Below, in pieces: positions 38,375 through 51,248 of a stretch of DNA of 64,000 nucleotides. Source of the stretch: Alphaproteobacteria bacterium (GTDB taxonomy: Bacteria > Pseudomonadota > Alphaproteobacteria > UBA828); contig CBDEFM010000002.1 in the NCBI GenBank assembly GCA_965237415.1, positions 3,680,001-3,744,000 of the forward strand, written 5' to 3'. A program made the translations under genes and the position numbers. The notes beneath the pieces are model-generated. The model searched no databases. It was not told where the DNA came from and saw only the letters and a list, made by a program, of their open reading frames with translations. Each line of letters opens with the position of its first letter. Position 1 is the first letter of the stretch.

Positions 38375-38857
38375 TTAGCGCTTCGAGAACTGGAAGCTCC
38401 GGCGGGCCTTGCGCTTGCCGTACTTCTTGCGCTCCACGACGCGGCTGTCGCGGGTGAGGAAGCCGCCGGACTTGAGCATCTTGCGGAGCTCCGGCTCGCG
38501 CGCCACCAGCGCCCGGCTGATGCCGTGCCGAACCGCGCCGGCCTGGCCGGAGAGGCCGCCGCCCTTGACGGTGCAGATGACGTCGTACTGGGAGAGGCGC
38601 GCGACCAGCTCCGCTGGCTGGTTGATGATCATTCTGAGCGCCGGGCGGGCGAAGTAAACCTCCACCGCGCGCTTGTTGACCGTGATCGTGCCGACGCCAG
38701 GCCGCAGCCAAACGCGCGCGACCGCGTCCTTGCGTTTGCCGGTCGCGTAGGTGCGGCCCAGGCGGTCGATCTGCGGCTCGGGCTCGATTTCAACGTCGGG
38801 CAGGGCGACCTCGCCGAGCTCGGCAAGGCTGGTCAGGGTCTTCGACTCGTCAGCCAC
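38375..38857 (-). CDS. rpsI: 30S ribosomal protein S9
   Basis: [39 protein letters not shown]. Confidence 0.98.
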   Translation of the reverse strand: MADESKTLTSLAELGEVALPDVEIEPEPQIDRLGRTYATGKRKDAVARVWLRPGVGTITVNKRAVEVYFARPALRMIINQPAELVARLSQYDVICTVKGGGLSGQAGAVRHGISRALVAREPELRKMLKSGGFLTRDSRVVERKKYGKRKARRSFQFSKR

Positions 38858-39323
38858 GCAGCGTGCTCCTCGCGTTCTTCGGATTCATCGCGGCGATGTC
38901 GAGGGGTTCGGGTTGCTGCGCCTCGTGCGGATGGTCCGCGCCGGCATAGACCTTGAGGTTCGCCATCTGCTGGCGGCCCAAGGGGCCTTTGGGGATCATC
39001 CGCTGCACCGCTTTGATTACCACCGTCTCCGGCCGCTTGCCGCCAAGGATGCGGGCGGCGGTGCGGGTCTTGAGCCCGCCGGGATACCCGGTGTGGTGAT
39101 GGTAGAGCTTGTCTTCCCGCTTGCGCCCGGTGAGCCGTACTTTCTCGGCATTGACGATGATGATGTTGTCGCCGCAGTCCATGTGCGGCGTGTAGCTTGG
39201 CTTGTGCTTGCCGCGCAGGCGGGTGGCGACGATGGTGGCGAGCCTGCCGAGGACGAGGTCCTCGGCATCCACCAGCATCCACTTCTTATCGATGTTGGCA
39301 GGCGTTGCCGAGAAGGTTTTCAT
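38850..39323 (-). CDS. rplM: 50S ribosomal protein L13
   Basis: [36 protein letters not shown]. Confidence 0.98.
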   Translation of the reverse strand: MKTFSATPANIDKKWMLVDAEDLVLGRLATIVATRLRGKHKPSYTPHMDCGDNIIIVNAEKVRLTGRKREDKLYHHHTGYPGGLKTRTAARILGGKRPETVVIKAVQRMIPKGPLGRQQMANLKVYAGADHPHEAQQPEPLDIAAMNPKNARSTLRG

Positions 39324-39487
39324 TGCGCTCACGACGGTGGGATAAGATGCAACAGCGCGCGGGCCTACCCGGCGAACGCCGGCCCGCGCGTCATGGGCAG
39401 TATGCCACAGGATCGGGCCCAGTCAACGGCGCCTTTGCAGGGCGCGTGCCTTGACCGCGACGTCCCGCCGCTCCCGACGGGCTGGCG

Positions 39488-42253
39488 TCAGTGAGCGTCG
39501 GCCCAGCTTGCGCCTGTGCCGACATCGACGGTGAGCGGCACGTCCAGATGGGCGGCGCCTTCCATCACCTGCTTGACCACCGCGCCGGTTTCGTCGACTT
39601 CGGCCTCGGGCACCTCGAACACCAGCTCGTCGTGCACCTGGAGCAACATCCGGGCGTGTAGGCCTCGCGCCTCCAGTGCGCCCTGCATGGGGATCATCGC
39701 GCGCTTGATGACGTCGGCTGCGGCCCCCTGGATCGGCGCGTTGATCGCCGCCCGCTCCTGAAACGCGCGGCGCGCCGGATTGCGGTCGTTGATGCCCGGC
39801 AGCCGGCACTTGCGGCCGAAGAGCGTGGTCACGAAGCCTTCCGCATGCGCCGCCTTCTTGGTGCGCTCCATATAGTCCTTGATGCCGGGATAGCGCGCGA
39901 AATAGGCCTCGATATAGCCCTTGGCCTCGGCCTGGGGGACGCCGATCTGGCGGGCGAGCCCGAAGGGGCTGATGCCGTAGATGATCCCGAAATTGATCGC
40001 CTTGGCCGAGCGGCGGACCATCGGGTCCATGCCCTCGAGCGGCAAGCCGAACACCTGGCTCGCGGTCAGCGCGTGGATGTCGATCCCCTCGCGGAAGGCG
40101 TCCTTGAGCGAGTCTACGTCGGCGACGTGGGCGAGGATGCGAAGCTCGATCTGCGAATAGTCGGCGGACAGCAGCACATGACCCGGAGCGGCGACGAAGG
40201 CGCGGCGGATGCGGCGGCCCTCCTCGGTGCGGATCGGGATGTTCTGCAGGTTGGGGTCGTTGGAGGAGAGCCGCCCGGTGTTCGCGGCGGTCATGGTAAA
40301 GGTCGTGTGCACGCGCCGGGTTGCGGGGTCGATGTGCCCGATCAGCGCGTCCGTGTAGGTGCTCTTGAGCTTGGTGAGCTGGCGCCAGTCGAGCACCCGC
40401 GCCGGCAGGTCGTGGCCTTGGGCCGCGAACTCCTCCAGAATGTCCGCGCCGGTGCTGTAGGCGCCCGACTTGCCCTTGCGCCCGCTCCGGAGCCCCATCT
40501 CGTCGAACAGCACCTCGCCAAGCTGCTTGGGCGAGCCGATGGTGAAGGGATGGCCGGCAAGGGCGTGGATCTCGCTCTCCAGCGTCTCGATCCGGCCGGC
40601 GAAGTCCGCCGACAGCGCGACGAGTTCGCCCTGGTCCACGAGGATGCCGGCGGCTTCCATCCGGGCCAGCACCGCGATCAGCGGGCGTTCGATCCGCTCG
40701 AACACCGTGGTGAGACGATCCGCGACGAGGCGCGGCCGAATGACGCTGTGGAGGCGGAGCGCGAGATCGGCGTGCGCCGCGGCGGTATCCCGCAGCGCCT
40801 CGGGCGAGACAGCGTCGATGGAAACCTTGTTGCGCCCGCTGCCGAGCACGGCGGCAAGCGCCGGCGCAGCGCGGTCGAGATGGAGCTGCGTCAGGTCCTC
40901 GAGGGCATGGCCGTGCAGGCTGCCGTCGAGCACCCAGGAGGCCAGCATGGGATCGTCGACCGGGGCGAGCGTTCGCCCGTGCGTGGATAGCATGCGCAGG
41001 GTCTGCTTGATGTCGAGGCCGAGCTTAAGCACGCCGGGGTCGGTCAGCACCGGATCGAGGACCGCCAGCGCCTCGGCGAGGTCGAGTTGCCGGCTCGCCT
41101 GTGCCGCCTCCATCAGGTCGGGGCTGGCGTGGCCGAGGGGGACATAGCAGGCCTCGCCCGGCGCCGTGGCGAGCGCGAGGCCCGTGAGGCCGGCGCCCTC
41201 GGGAGACCCCGCCGCCCTGAATGGCTCCAGCGCCAGCACGCCGCTCTCGCGCGCCTTCTCTACCCAGCCCGCGAGCGCGCCCGCATCCGTCACCAGCGGG
41301 TAGGCGGCGGGGAGGGGGGCCGTCTCGTCCGGCTCCGCCTCCTCCTCGGCCAGCGTTGCCTCTCCGCCATCGGTCCCGAGCCGCGCGGCGATCGACCTGA
41401 AGCCGTTCTCCTGGAAGAAGGCGCGAAGCGCGCCCGGCTCCGGCTGACGGCGCACAAGCGCCTCCAGCGGCATCGGCAAGGGCGCATCCCGCCGCAGCGT
41501 CACGAGATCGCGGGAAAGGCGCGCCATTTCGGCATGCTCGATCAGGTTCTGGCGCCGCTTGGGTTGCTTGATCTCTTCGGCACGTTCGAGCAGGCAATCG
41601 AGGTCGCCATAGTCGTTGATGAGCTGCGCTGCCGTCTTGACCCCGATGCCGGGCACGCCCGGCACGTTGTCGGTGCTGTCGCCGGCGAGCGCCTGCACGT
41701 CGATCACCCGCTCAGGCCCCACGCCGAAACGCTCATGCACCTGGTCGGGGCCGATCTCCCGATTCTTGAAGTAGTCGTACATGACCACCGAGTCGCCTTC
41801 GACGAGCTGCATCAGGTCCTTGTCGGCGGAGACGATGGTGACCCGCGCACCCCGCGCCCGCGCGGCCTCGACATAAGCCGCGATCAGGTCGTCGGCTTCG
41901 AAGCCGACGAGCTCGATCGACGCCAGGTTGAAGGCGCCGGCGGCCTCGCGGACGAGGGGGAACTGCGGAATCAGCTCCTCCGGCGTCTCGCCCCGGTTCG
42001 CCTTGTAGAGCTCGTAGATCTCATTGCGAAAGGTGAGCCGCGCCGTGTCGAAGATCACCGCGGCATGGTCCGCATCGGTTTCGCGCAGGATCTTCCACAG
42101 CATGTTGGTGAAGCCGAGCACCGCATTGACCGGGGTGCCGTCAGGGCGGGTCAGCGGCGGGAGCGCATGGAAGGCGCGGAAGACGAAGCCCGAGCCGTCG
42201 ATGAGGTAGAGGTGGCGCAGGGCGCCCGCGTCGTCGGGGGCTTCGTGGCTCAC
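39488..42253 (-). CDS. polA: DNA polymerase I
   Basis: 5'-3' exonuclease (LIDGS...FRAFHA, EADD, GDSTDNVPG). Polymerase motifs DYSQIELR, KAINFGIIYG, QVHDEL. Confidence 0.97.
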   Translation of the reverse strand: MSHEAPDDAGALRHLYLIDGSGFVFRAFHALPPLTRPDGTPVNAVLGFTNMLWKILRETDADHAAVIFDTARLTFRNEIYELYKANRGETPEELIPQFPLVREAAGAFNLASIELVGFEADDLIAAYVEAARARGARVTIVSADKDLMQLVEGDSVVMYDYFKNREIGPDQVHERFGVGPERVIDVQALAGDSTDNVPGVPGIGVKTAAQLINDYGDLDCLLERAEEIKQPKRRQNLIEHAEMARLSRDLVTLRRDAPLPMPLEALVRRQPEPGALRAFFQENGFRSIAARLGTDGGEATLAEEEAEPDETAPLPAAYPLVTDAGALAGWVEKARESGVLALEPFRAAGSPEGAGLTGLALATAPGEACYVPLGHASPDLMEAAQASRQLDLAEALAVLDPVLTDPGVLKLGLDIKQTLRMLSTHGRTLAPVDDPMLASWVLDGSLHGHALEDLTQLHLDRAAPALAAVLGSGRNKVSIDAVSPEALRDTAAAHADLALRLHSVIRPRLVADRLTTVFERIERPLIAVLARMEAAGILVDQGELVALSADFAGRIETLESEIHALAGHPFTIGSPKQLGEVLFDEMGLRSGRKGKSGAYSTGADILEEFAAQGHDLPARVLDWRQLTKLKSTYTDALIGHIDPATRRVHTTFTMTAANTGRLSSNDPNLQNIPIRTEEGRRIRRAFVAAPGHVLLSADYSQIELRILAHVADVDSLKDAFREGIDIHALTASQVFGLPLEGMDPMVRRSAKAINFGIIYGISPFGLARQIGVPQAEAKGYIEAYFARYPGIKDYMERTKKAAHAEGFVTTLFGRKCRLPGINDRNPARRAFQERAAINAPIQGAAADVIKRAMIPMQGALEARGLHARMLLQVHDELVFEVPEAEVDETGAVVKQVMEGAAHLDVPLTVDVGTGASWADAH

Positions 42254-42392
42254 GATGGGCGCTCCGGCTTCAGGGTCTCGTCGGCGGGCACTTGCTCTCG
42301 GCGATGCGCGCCACTATGCCACGCAGGCCGGCCCCCGCACAGCGGGCGCCGCGCGGCCGCCGTCAACCGTCGTCAACCGCGAGCTGCCCCCC

Positions 42393-43550
42393 GTGTCTGC
42401 CCGCAGCGCTTCCATCCCCTATGCGGCACCCCGCATCTCCGCCTTCTACGCGGCTTATTTTCTGGTGGCGGGGGTGGCGCTGCCGTTCTGGCCGCTCTTC
42501 CTGCAGGCGCGCGGCCTCTCGGTGACCGAGATCGGGCTGATGCTCGGGCTCACGCTCATGCTGCGCGCCGCCGCCGGCCCCTTCATCGGACGCTTCGCCG
42601 ATCGCCGCGACAGCACGCGGGGGCCGCTGGTCGCCTGCGCGCTCACCGTGCTTCTGATCGCCGCCGCCTTCTACTGGACCTGGGGCTTCTGGCCGATCTT
42701 CGCGGTGAGCACCGTCTTCACGCTGGTCTATGCCGGTGTGCTGCCGCTGGGCGAGACCATCGCGCTGCGCACGGTCTCGGCGGAGTCCGGCTATGGCCGC
42801 GTGCGGCTGTGGGGCTCGGTGTCTTACCTCGTCGCCGCGGCGGTGGGGGGCGCGGTGCTGGAGGCCGCCGCGGTGCCCTCCGCCGAGCTGATCCTCACCA
42901 TGATCCTCGTCTGCATCGCGCTGATGATCGCAGGCTCCTTCGCCATGCCGGACAAGCGAGGCGGCGATGCGCCGCCTTCGGCGCCGATCCTGAGCGTGCT
43001 GGGCGATCGGCAGTTCCGCCTCATGGTGATCGCGACCACGGCGATTCACGGCGCGCATGCGGTGTTCTACGGGTTCTCGACGCTCCACTGGCTCAGCGTC
43101 GGGCTCACGGAATGGGTGATCGGCATGCTCTGGGCGGGCGGTGTCGTCGCCGAGGTGATCCTCTTCGCGTGCAACGCGCCGCTGCTCCGTCGCATCGGGC
43201 CGGTCGGGCTCCTGGGGGCGGCAGCGTTAGCCGGGGTGGTGCGCTGGGCGGTGCTGGCGCTGACGACGGAGGTTTGGGCTCTGGCGCTTGCCCAATGCCT
43301 GCACGCGCTCACCTTCGGTGCGATGCATCTCGGCGCGATGGTGTTCATCGCCCGCACGGTGCCCGCCGGGTCGTCGAACACGGCGCAGGCGCTGTTCGCT
43401 GCGCTGACCAACGGCTTGGGGCTGGGCGCCGGGCTCCTGATCGCGGGCCTGCTCTATGCAGCGTGGGGCTCGGGAGCCTACTGGGTGTGTGCTGCGGTTT
43501 CGGGGCTGGGCTTCATCGCCGTGCTGGCGATGCGGACCGGCGCTCGATGA
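42393..43550 (+). CDS. MFS transporter (HcaT/MFS_1-like)
   Basis: About 12 hydrophobic segments, LPFWPLFL, YGRVRLWGS, GVVAEV, QCLHALTFG. Start approximate. Confidence 0.85.
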   Translation: MSARSASIPYAAPRISAFYAAYFLVAGVALPFWPLFLQARGLSVTEIGLMLGLTLMLRAAAGPFIGRFADRRDSTRGPLVACALTVLLIAAAFYWTWGFWPIFAVSTVFTLVYAGVLPLGETIALRTVSAESGYGRVRLWGSVSYLVAAAVGGAVLEAAAVPSAELILTMILVCIALMIAGSFAMPDKRGGDAPPSAPILSVLGDRQFRLMVIATTAIHGAHAVFYGFSTLHWLSVGLTEWVIGMLWAGGVVAEVILFACNAPLLRRIGPVGLLGAAALAGVVRWAVLALTTEVWALALAQCLHALTFGAMHLGAMVFIARTVPAGSSNTAQALFAALTNGLGLGAGLLIAGLLYAAWGSGAYWVCAAVSGLGFIAVLAMRTGAR

Positions 43551-43558
43551 GAGATGGC

Positions 43559-43744
43559 TCAGTGACCGCCGGACTTGGCGGCGCCTGCCTTCAGGACGAA
43601 GCGCCGGTCGCAATAGGGGCAGTCGATGGCGCCGCCCGTCTCCAGATTGAGGAAGACGCGCGGATGACCGAGCGCGCCGCCGCCGCCGTTGCACGCAACG
43701 ACCGTCTCGCTGACCTCGATGATCTCTGGCGGATCGATGGTCAC
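43559..43744 (-). CDS. zf-CHCC zinc-finger protein
   Basis: VACNGGGGALGHPRVFL...CPYC. Confidence 0.9.
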   Translation of the reverse strand: MTIDPPEIIEVSETVVACNGGGGALGHPRVFLNLETGGAIDCPYCDRRFVLKAGAAKSGGH

Positions 43745-43932
43745 GGGCCGTCCCTCATCCTCTCTGGTCTCTCCGCGCCGGCATTTGACCCCGGCGGCGG
43801 AGCGATGATACCCATTGCCCGCCGCCATTCAACCGGGCGCTGCCGTCCATATCGGCGCCATCCACTCCGTCACGAGCCGAGCCTGGAGGGCATTGTCCTG
43901 CACCCGACAGACGTCCACGACGGGTTCGCGCC

Positions 43933-44826
43933 ATGAGCGAGCCGCTCCCCTACGTCCGCGAGCTCGACTTCAGCTACGGCGCGGTGGCGCAGGTCTCGCC
44001 GCTGATCCGCCGCGTCATCGCGCACAACCCGAGCGTCTTCACCTTCCACGGCACCGGCACCTACATCGTGGGCCACGGCGAGGTGGCGATCATCGATGCC
44101 GGCCCCGACTTGGCCCAGCACGTCGATGCAGTCCTCGCTGCCGTGCGCGGCGAGACCGTGACTCACCTCGTCGTGACCCACACCCATATCGACCACTCGC
44201 CGGCGACCCGCCACATCAAGGCCGCAACCGGAGCTGAGACCTACGGCTTCGGCCCGCACGGGGGCGGTGAGGGGCCGGCGGTGGAGGAAGGCGCGGACCG
44301 CGACTTCGTGCCGGATCACCGGCTTGCAGACGGCGCGGTCGTCGCCGGGGACGGCTGGACGCTCGAGGCCGTGCACACCCCCGGCCACACCTCGAACCAT
44401 CTCTGCTTCGCGCTGGTGGAGGAGCGGGCGCTCTTCTCCGGCGATCACGTGATGGGCTGGTCGACCACGGTGGTCTCGCCGCCGGATGGCGACATGGGCG
44501 CCTACATGGTTTCGCTGGAGAAGCTCAAGGGGCGCGACGAGGAGACCTACTGGCCCACGCACGGGCCGCCGATTCCCAAGCCGCAACGCTTCGTCGGCAA
44601 GCTGCTCAGCCATCGGCGCCGGCGGGAGGCGGAGATCCTGTCCGCCGTGGCGGAGGGTGCTGCGACCATTCCCGAGATCGTGACCCTGCGCTACCGGGGG
44701 CTCGACCCGCGCCTCCGCCCCGCCGCCGCCCGCACCGTGCTCGCCCACCTGATCAATCTGGTCGAGAGCGGACGTGCCACCTGCCCCGGCAAGCCGGACG
44801 AGGAGGCCCACTACCGGGCGACTTGA
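43933..44826 (+). CDS. Metallo-beta-lactamase fold hydrolase (LACTB2-like)
   Basis: THTHIDHS, HTPGHTSNH, FSGDHVMGW, PTHG. Confidence 0.9.
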   Translation: MSEPLPYVRELDFSYGAVAQVSPLIRRVIAHNPSVFTFHGTGTYIVGHGEVAIIDAGPDLAQHVDAVLAAVRGETVTHLVVTHTHIDHSPATRHIKAATGAETYGFGPHGGGEGPAVEEGADRDFVPDHRLADGAVVAGDGWTLEAVHTPGHTSNHLCFALVEERALFSGDHVMGWSTTVVSPPDGDMGAYMVSLEKLKGRDEETYWPTHGPPIPKPQRFVGKLLSHRRRREAEILSAVAEGAATIPEIVTLRYRGLDPRLRPAAARTVLAHLINLVESGRATCPGKPDEEAHYRAT

Positions 44827-44845
44827 GCGAGCGCCCGGTTGAGTT

Positions 44846-45637
44846 CTAACGGGCGCGCTTCTTCGGCGGCGAGTCGCGGAACTCCTTGACCTGGGCGAGG
44901 GCGGCACCCTGGAGCAGCTTCGCGTCCTGGCCGCAGACGACCAGGTCGTAGCCGCGCTCGAAGGTCCATTTGACGGACTTGCCGGGGCGCGTGACCGTGG
45001 CGAGCAGCTTCCCCGTCGCGCGCAATTTGCGCTCCGCCTTCTGGAGCAGCTGGATCACCTTCGGCTCTTCCATGTCGAGCATGTGGCCGATGCTCGCCGA
45101 GACGTCGCTCGGCCCGAGGAACAGCATGTCGACGCCGTCGACCGCCGCGATCTCCTCGATATTGTCGATCGCTTCCTCGGTCTCGATCTGGCAGGCGACA
45201 AGGATCTCCTGCGGCATTGCCGCGAGATAGTCCTTGATCTGCGAGCCCCAGCGCGAGCAGCGTGCTGCGTGGGGCGCAACCCCGCGCACGCCCACGGTCG
45301 GATAGCGGCAGGCGGCGACCGCCGCCGCGGCCTCGGCGGCGTTCTGCACATAGGGCACGACGATGCCCATCACGCCGATGTCGAGCGCCCGCTTGATGTA
45401 GACCATGTCGTTCCACGGCACGCGCATCATCGGCGTCGCGCCGGACGAGGCCGCGGCCTGCATCAGGCCGATGGCGTTGAGCAGGTCGCCGGGTCCGTGC
45501 TCGTGATCCATGATGACCGTGTCGTAGCCGGCGTTGGCCACGATCTCGGCAGCGATGGGGCTGCCCATCGCGAGCCAGGCCCCGAGCGCGGGCTCGCCCG
45601 CGAGCATCTTTCTCTTGCAGCGGTTCTCGACGGTCAT
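44846..45637 (-). CDS. HpcH/HpaI aldolase family protein
   Basis: DHEHG, IKRALDIG, RYP..GVRG, QIET, FLGPSD. Confidence 0.9.
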   Translation of the reverse strand: MTVENRCKRKMLAGEPALGAWLAMGSPIAAEIVANAGYDTVIMDHEHGPGDLLNAIGLMQAAASSGATPMMRVPWNDMVYIKRALDIGVMGIVVPYVQNAAEAAAAVAACRYPTVGVRGVAPHAARCSRWGSQIKDYLAAMPQEILVACQIETEEAIDNIEEIAAVDGVDMLFLGPSDVSASIGHMLDMEEPKVIQLLQKAERKLRATGKLLATVTRPGKSVKWTFERGYDLVVCGQDAKLLQGAALAQVKEFRDSPPKKRAR

Positions 45638-45857
45638 GCGCGGCGCCTCCAGATGATGCGAAGATTTGTTGTGAGGGGACGCCCATCGGCCCAGGACACG
45701 CGGGCGAGGGGCGCGGCCGGTTCTAGCCCGGATTTCTCACCAATGTCACGGCCTGCGTAGCCAGCAAATGTCTCTCATCGAAAGGCGGGAACGCTTTTCC
45801 TATTCCTGCACTCTCCCTAACATGGCCGTGTCGATCACTCGATTAGCCGGAGCGCCC

Positions 45858-46742
45858 ATGCCCGAGCTTCGCCCCGACCAGTGCGCGTTCTTCCACGAAC
45901 ACGGCTATCTGATGGTCGAGAATGCGGTGGATGGCGCCCTGCTGTCGCGGTTGAAGCAGGACTTCGCCGCGTGGGTGGAGGAGAGCCGGTCTCACGACGC
46001 CGCTTGGGGCGACACCGTGGATGGCCGGCCGCGCTTCGACCTCGAGCCGGGTCACAGCGCGGAAAAGCCGAGCCTTCGCCGGGTCAATGCGCCGGTGGAG
46101 GTGTCCGAGGCCTATCTGGCGGCCACGCTGGAGAGCCGCATGGCCGACTGCGTTGCCGAGTTGATCGGACCCGACGTGAAGCTGCACCACACCAAGATCA
46201 ACTCCAAGCTCCCCGGCGGACACACCGAGGTCAAATGGCACCAGGACTTCTCGTTCACACCGCACAGCAACGACGATGTCGTCACGGCGCTGCTGATGGT
46301 GGACGAGGTCACCGAGGAGAACGGGCCGCTACAGGTTCTCGCCGGCTCGCACCGCGGCCCCATCCACAGCCTCTGGCACGAGGGCGTGTTCACGGGCGCG
46401 GTCGCAGACGCGGTGGCCGACGCGGCCGTGGCATCCGCCGAGATTTGCGTGGGGCCGGCAGGTGCGGCGTGCCTGATGCACACGCGCCTCCTGCACGGTT
46501 CCACTGCCAACCGTTCGGAGCGGCCCCGGACGCTTCACATCTCGGTGTACAGCGCTGAAGACGCGGTCGCCATTTCTCCGAATCCGGTGCCGAGCCGCTA
46601 CGAGGGGCGGCTCGTTCGTGGGCAGCGCACCGGGCGCGTGCGCTCGATGGACTACGAACTCGATCTGCCGCAGTTGCCGACCGGTGCCTCGTTTTTCGAC
46701 CAGCAGGCGCACCACGGGGCGCCGGGCGACGCAACCTCGTGA
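45858..46742 (+). CDS. Phytanoyl-CoA dioxygenase (PhyH) family Fe/2OG enzyme
   Basis: F.EHGYL, KINSK, WHQD, ENGPL..LAGSH, HGS..NRS.RPR. Confidence 0.9.
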   Translation: MPELRPDQCAFFHEHGYLMVENAVDGALLSRLKQDFAAWVEESRSHDAAWGDTVDGRPRFDLEPGHSAEKPSLRRVNAPVEVSEAYLAATLESRMADCVAELIGPDVKLHHTKINSKLPGGHTEVKWHQDFSFTPHSNDDVVTALLMVDEVTEENGPLQVLAGSHRGPIHSLWHEGVFTGAVADAVADAAVASAEICVGPAGAACLMHTRLLHGSTANRSERPRTLHISVYSAEDAVAISPNPVPSRYEGRLVRGQRTGRVRSMDYELDLPQLPTGASFFDQQAHHGAPGDATS

Positions 46743-46845
46743 GCCGATGCGGCGTTGCACCTGCCTGCTGTAGCCGCCGACGAGCCGCCGCGCCTCCTCA
46801 AGGAAGCCCGCTCGGTCCCCGGAAAGACCCTTGCCGCCTTCGACG

Positions 46846-48126
46846 TCAGTGCTGAGGCAGGTGCGAGTCCCGAGCACCCTTGTACACGATGGGCAGGAGT
46901 GACGGGTCCGTGACGCTGGAGTCATCGTGCCGATGGATCACGCTGCGGCCCTTACCGCAGTCCCCGAAGTCATCGCAGGTAAACGTGCCGATGATGCCCT
47001 GAAAGTCTGCGGTTCTATCCAACGCATCACGGAGTGCCGCGCGGTCGATGTGCAGTGTATGCAGTGTATCGCCATCGACGACCGAAACCTGCTCGATAGC
47101 CGAGAGCAACAGCGTCGTGGCGTCATACCCGTGCCCCCAGTAAGGCGACGTTGGCGGCCCCCCGAAGGCGACCTCGAACGCGGCCAGTACATCGGCAGCG
47201 CTTCTGCCCGTCGCCTGGTTCGTGTTGCCGCTGTCTCCGAGATCGGGTGCGGTGAAATAGAGGCCTTCTGACTCCGGCAACGCAAGAACCTCCGTCGTCA
47301 ATATGGCGGCACCGCCGATCATCGTCACACCTTCCAAGGCGCCGGACTGGGCTGCCAGTTGAAGCAGAGTCGTTGCCTCCGATGGGAAGAGCGGGATGAA
47401 CACGCCATCGGGGTCGGCTTCTTCGAACTGGGCAAGAACGGTGGCCATGTCAGTCTGGCCTTTTGCCACCTGAGCGACGACCGGAACCGCACCGCCATGC
47501 TCGCGGAATGCAGCAGAAAAAGCATGCGCAATGGCGTCGGTATAGGGGTCGCCATCGTGGATCGTGACCATCGTGCGCAAGCCACGTTCGTCGTAGCTGA
47601 AATGCGCAACAATGCTCGCCTCGATGAGGTCGTTATCCGTAACACGATAATAACCCTTGTGGTAGTCCGGGCCGGCATTGCCGGCGAGATCGGACGTGAG
47701 CACAGGCGAGGTGTTGGCCGGTGAAATCATGAAGAAACCCGCCTCGCTGAGGATAGGCGATGCCTCCACCGCCGCACCGGAGCACAGGGTCCCTATGACG
47801 CCGACGACCTGCGGGTCGGCAACGACGGCCTCAGCCGCCGCGCGCCCACCTGGGCCAGAGCATGTCTCGTCGAGAGTTTCGACGGAGACGTCGTGCCCGT
47901 GTATGGGGCCGAAATCCTTTATCGCTATCTCGATGGCGGCTCGGATTAGAGGGGACACAGACGGCACGACCGAATCGGACAGGAGCGCGCGGATCTCGAT
48001 CGGCTGACCACGCTTGATCTCAACCGCACCGAGTGGTCCCGCTGTGAAACCAACGCTGCAAGCGGTAATCGCCAACACCATGAAAGCGAGTACCGAGCCT
48101 TGTCCGATGAGAAGCAGGTTACGCAT
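46846..48126 (-). CDS. Branched-chain amino acid ABC substrate-binding lipoprotein (orphan)
   Basis: ITAC lipobox, DETCS, VIGTLCSGAA, ISPANTSP.LT, GYDAT, F.GIIG..TCD.FGDC. No permease nearby. Confidence 0.85.
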   Translation of the reverse strand: MRNLLLIGQGSVLAFMVLAITACSVGFTAGPLGAVEIKRGQPIEIRALLSDSVVPSVSPLIRAAIEIAIKDFGPIHGHDVSVETLDETCSGPGGRAAAEAVVADPQVVGVIGTLCSGAAVEASPILSEAGFFMISPANTSPVLTSDLAGNAGPDYHKGYYRVTDNDLIEASIVAHFSYDERGLRTMVTIHDGDPYTDAIAHAFSAAFREHGGAVPVVAQVAKGQTDMATVLAQFEEADPDGVFIPLFPSEATTLLQLAAQSGALEGVTMIGGAAILTTEVLALPESEGLYFTAPDLGDSGNTNQATGRSAADVLAAFEVAFGGPPTSPYWGHGYDATTLLLSAIEQVSVVDGDTLHTLHIDRAALRDALDRTADFQGIIGTFTCDDFGDCGKGRSVIHRHDDSSVTDPSLLPIVYKGARDSHLPQH

Positions 48127-48439
48127 TGCCAACTCCTTTCCTGCAAGTCCGTGAATGTCGTCCTGTGACAAGGATGCGACAGTTCACTGGAACAGTTGTC
48201 GCGGCACTATGGACGGAGTGCGAGAACATGGCATGGAATTGATAGCATCCGTCGCACCGCCGAGCGAAGCTGGCGAGCTGGCGTCCGGCATGGTGGGGTT
48301 GATCTTGCGATGGGCCCCGGTGATCGCTGACCGACCCCCGGTGGATGCTCCAGTCGGAATATCCGTGCATTGACGGAACATCGAGCCGCCCGACATGCCG
48401 TCGGCTTCGGATGGTGGCGGTCACGTCCAGGCTCGGGAA

Positions 48440-48640
48440 TCAAAAGACATTCAGGCACTCCGTCCTGAACGATCCGTTGAACGATTCGAAGACGGCGTTG
48501 TCCGCGGGCTTCCCCGCCGGGAGACACCCTGAGTCGCCCCGTTTAACCAGGTCTAGAGGTCGAGTTCCTTGCTGATGAACTCGGGCCCGTAGCGCATTGG
48601 GAAGGGCGTGGGGACGGAGACCGCGACCGACCGTCGAGCC
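48440..48640 (-). pseudogene. IS3-family transposase remnant
   Basis: GKPADNAVFESFNGSFRTECLN, with GPEFISKELDL in another frame. Confidence 0.75.
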
Positions 48641-48695
48641 GATCAAGAGCTCGAGCGGGCGGTCATGGCCGAAGGGCCAGAGGCCCGGACAGCGC

Positions 48696-51146
<2,451 letters not shown>

Positions 51147-51248
51147 TGTTCCTCGTGCGCCTTACGATTGCGCTTCAGAGCGGTGGCCGGCGCCGCCGCT
51201 TTCTCCCAGGCAAGGTAAGTACGGAGACGCCGCTGTTCAAGCGGCCTC

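Noticed and set aside
41087-43936. Long ORFs such as 949 aa here, 657 aa at 32250, 595 aa at 29655 and 536 aa at 49608
   Set aside because: Antisense or alternative-frame shadows of recognised genes, typical of high-GC DNA.
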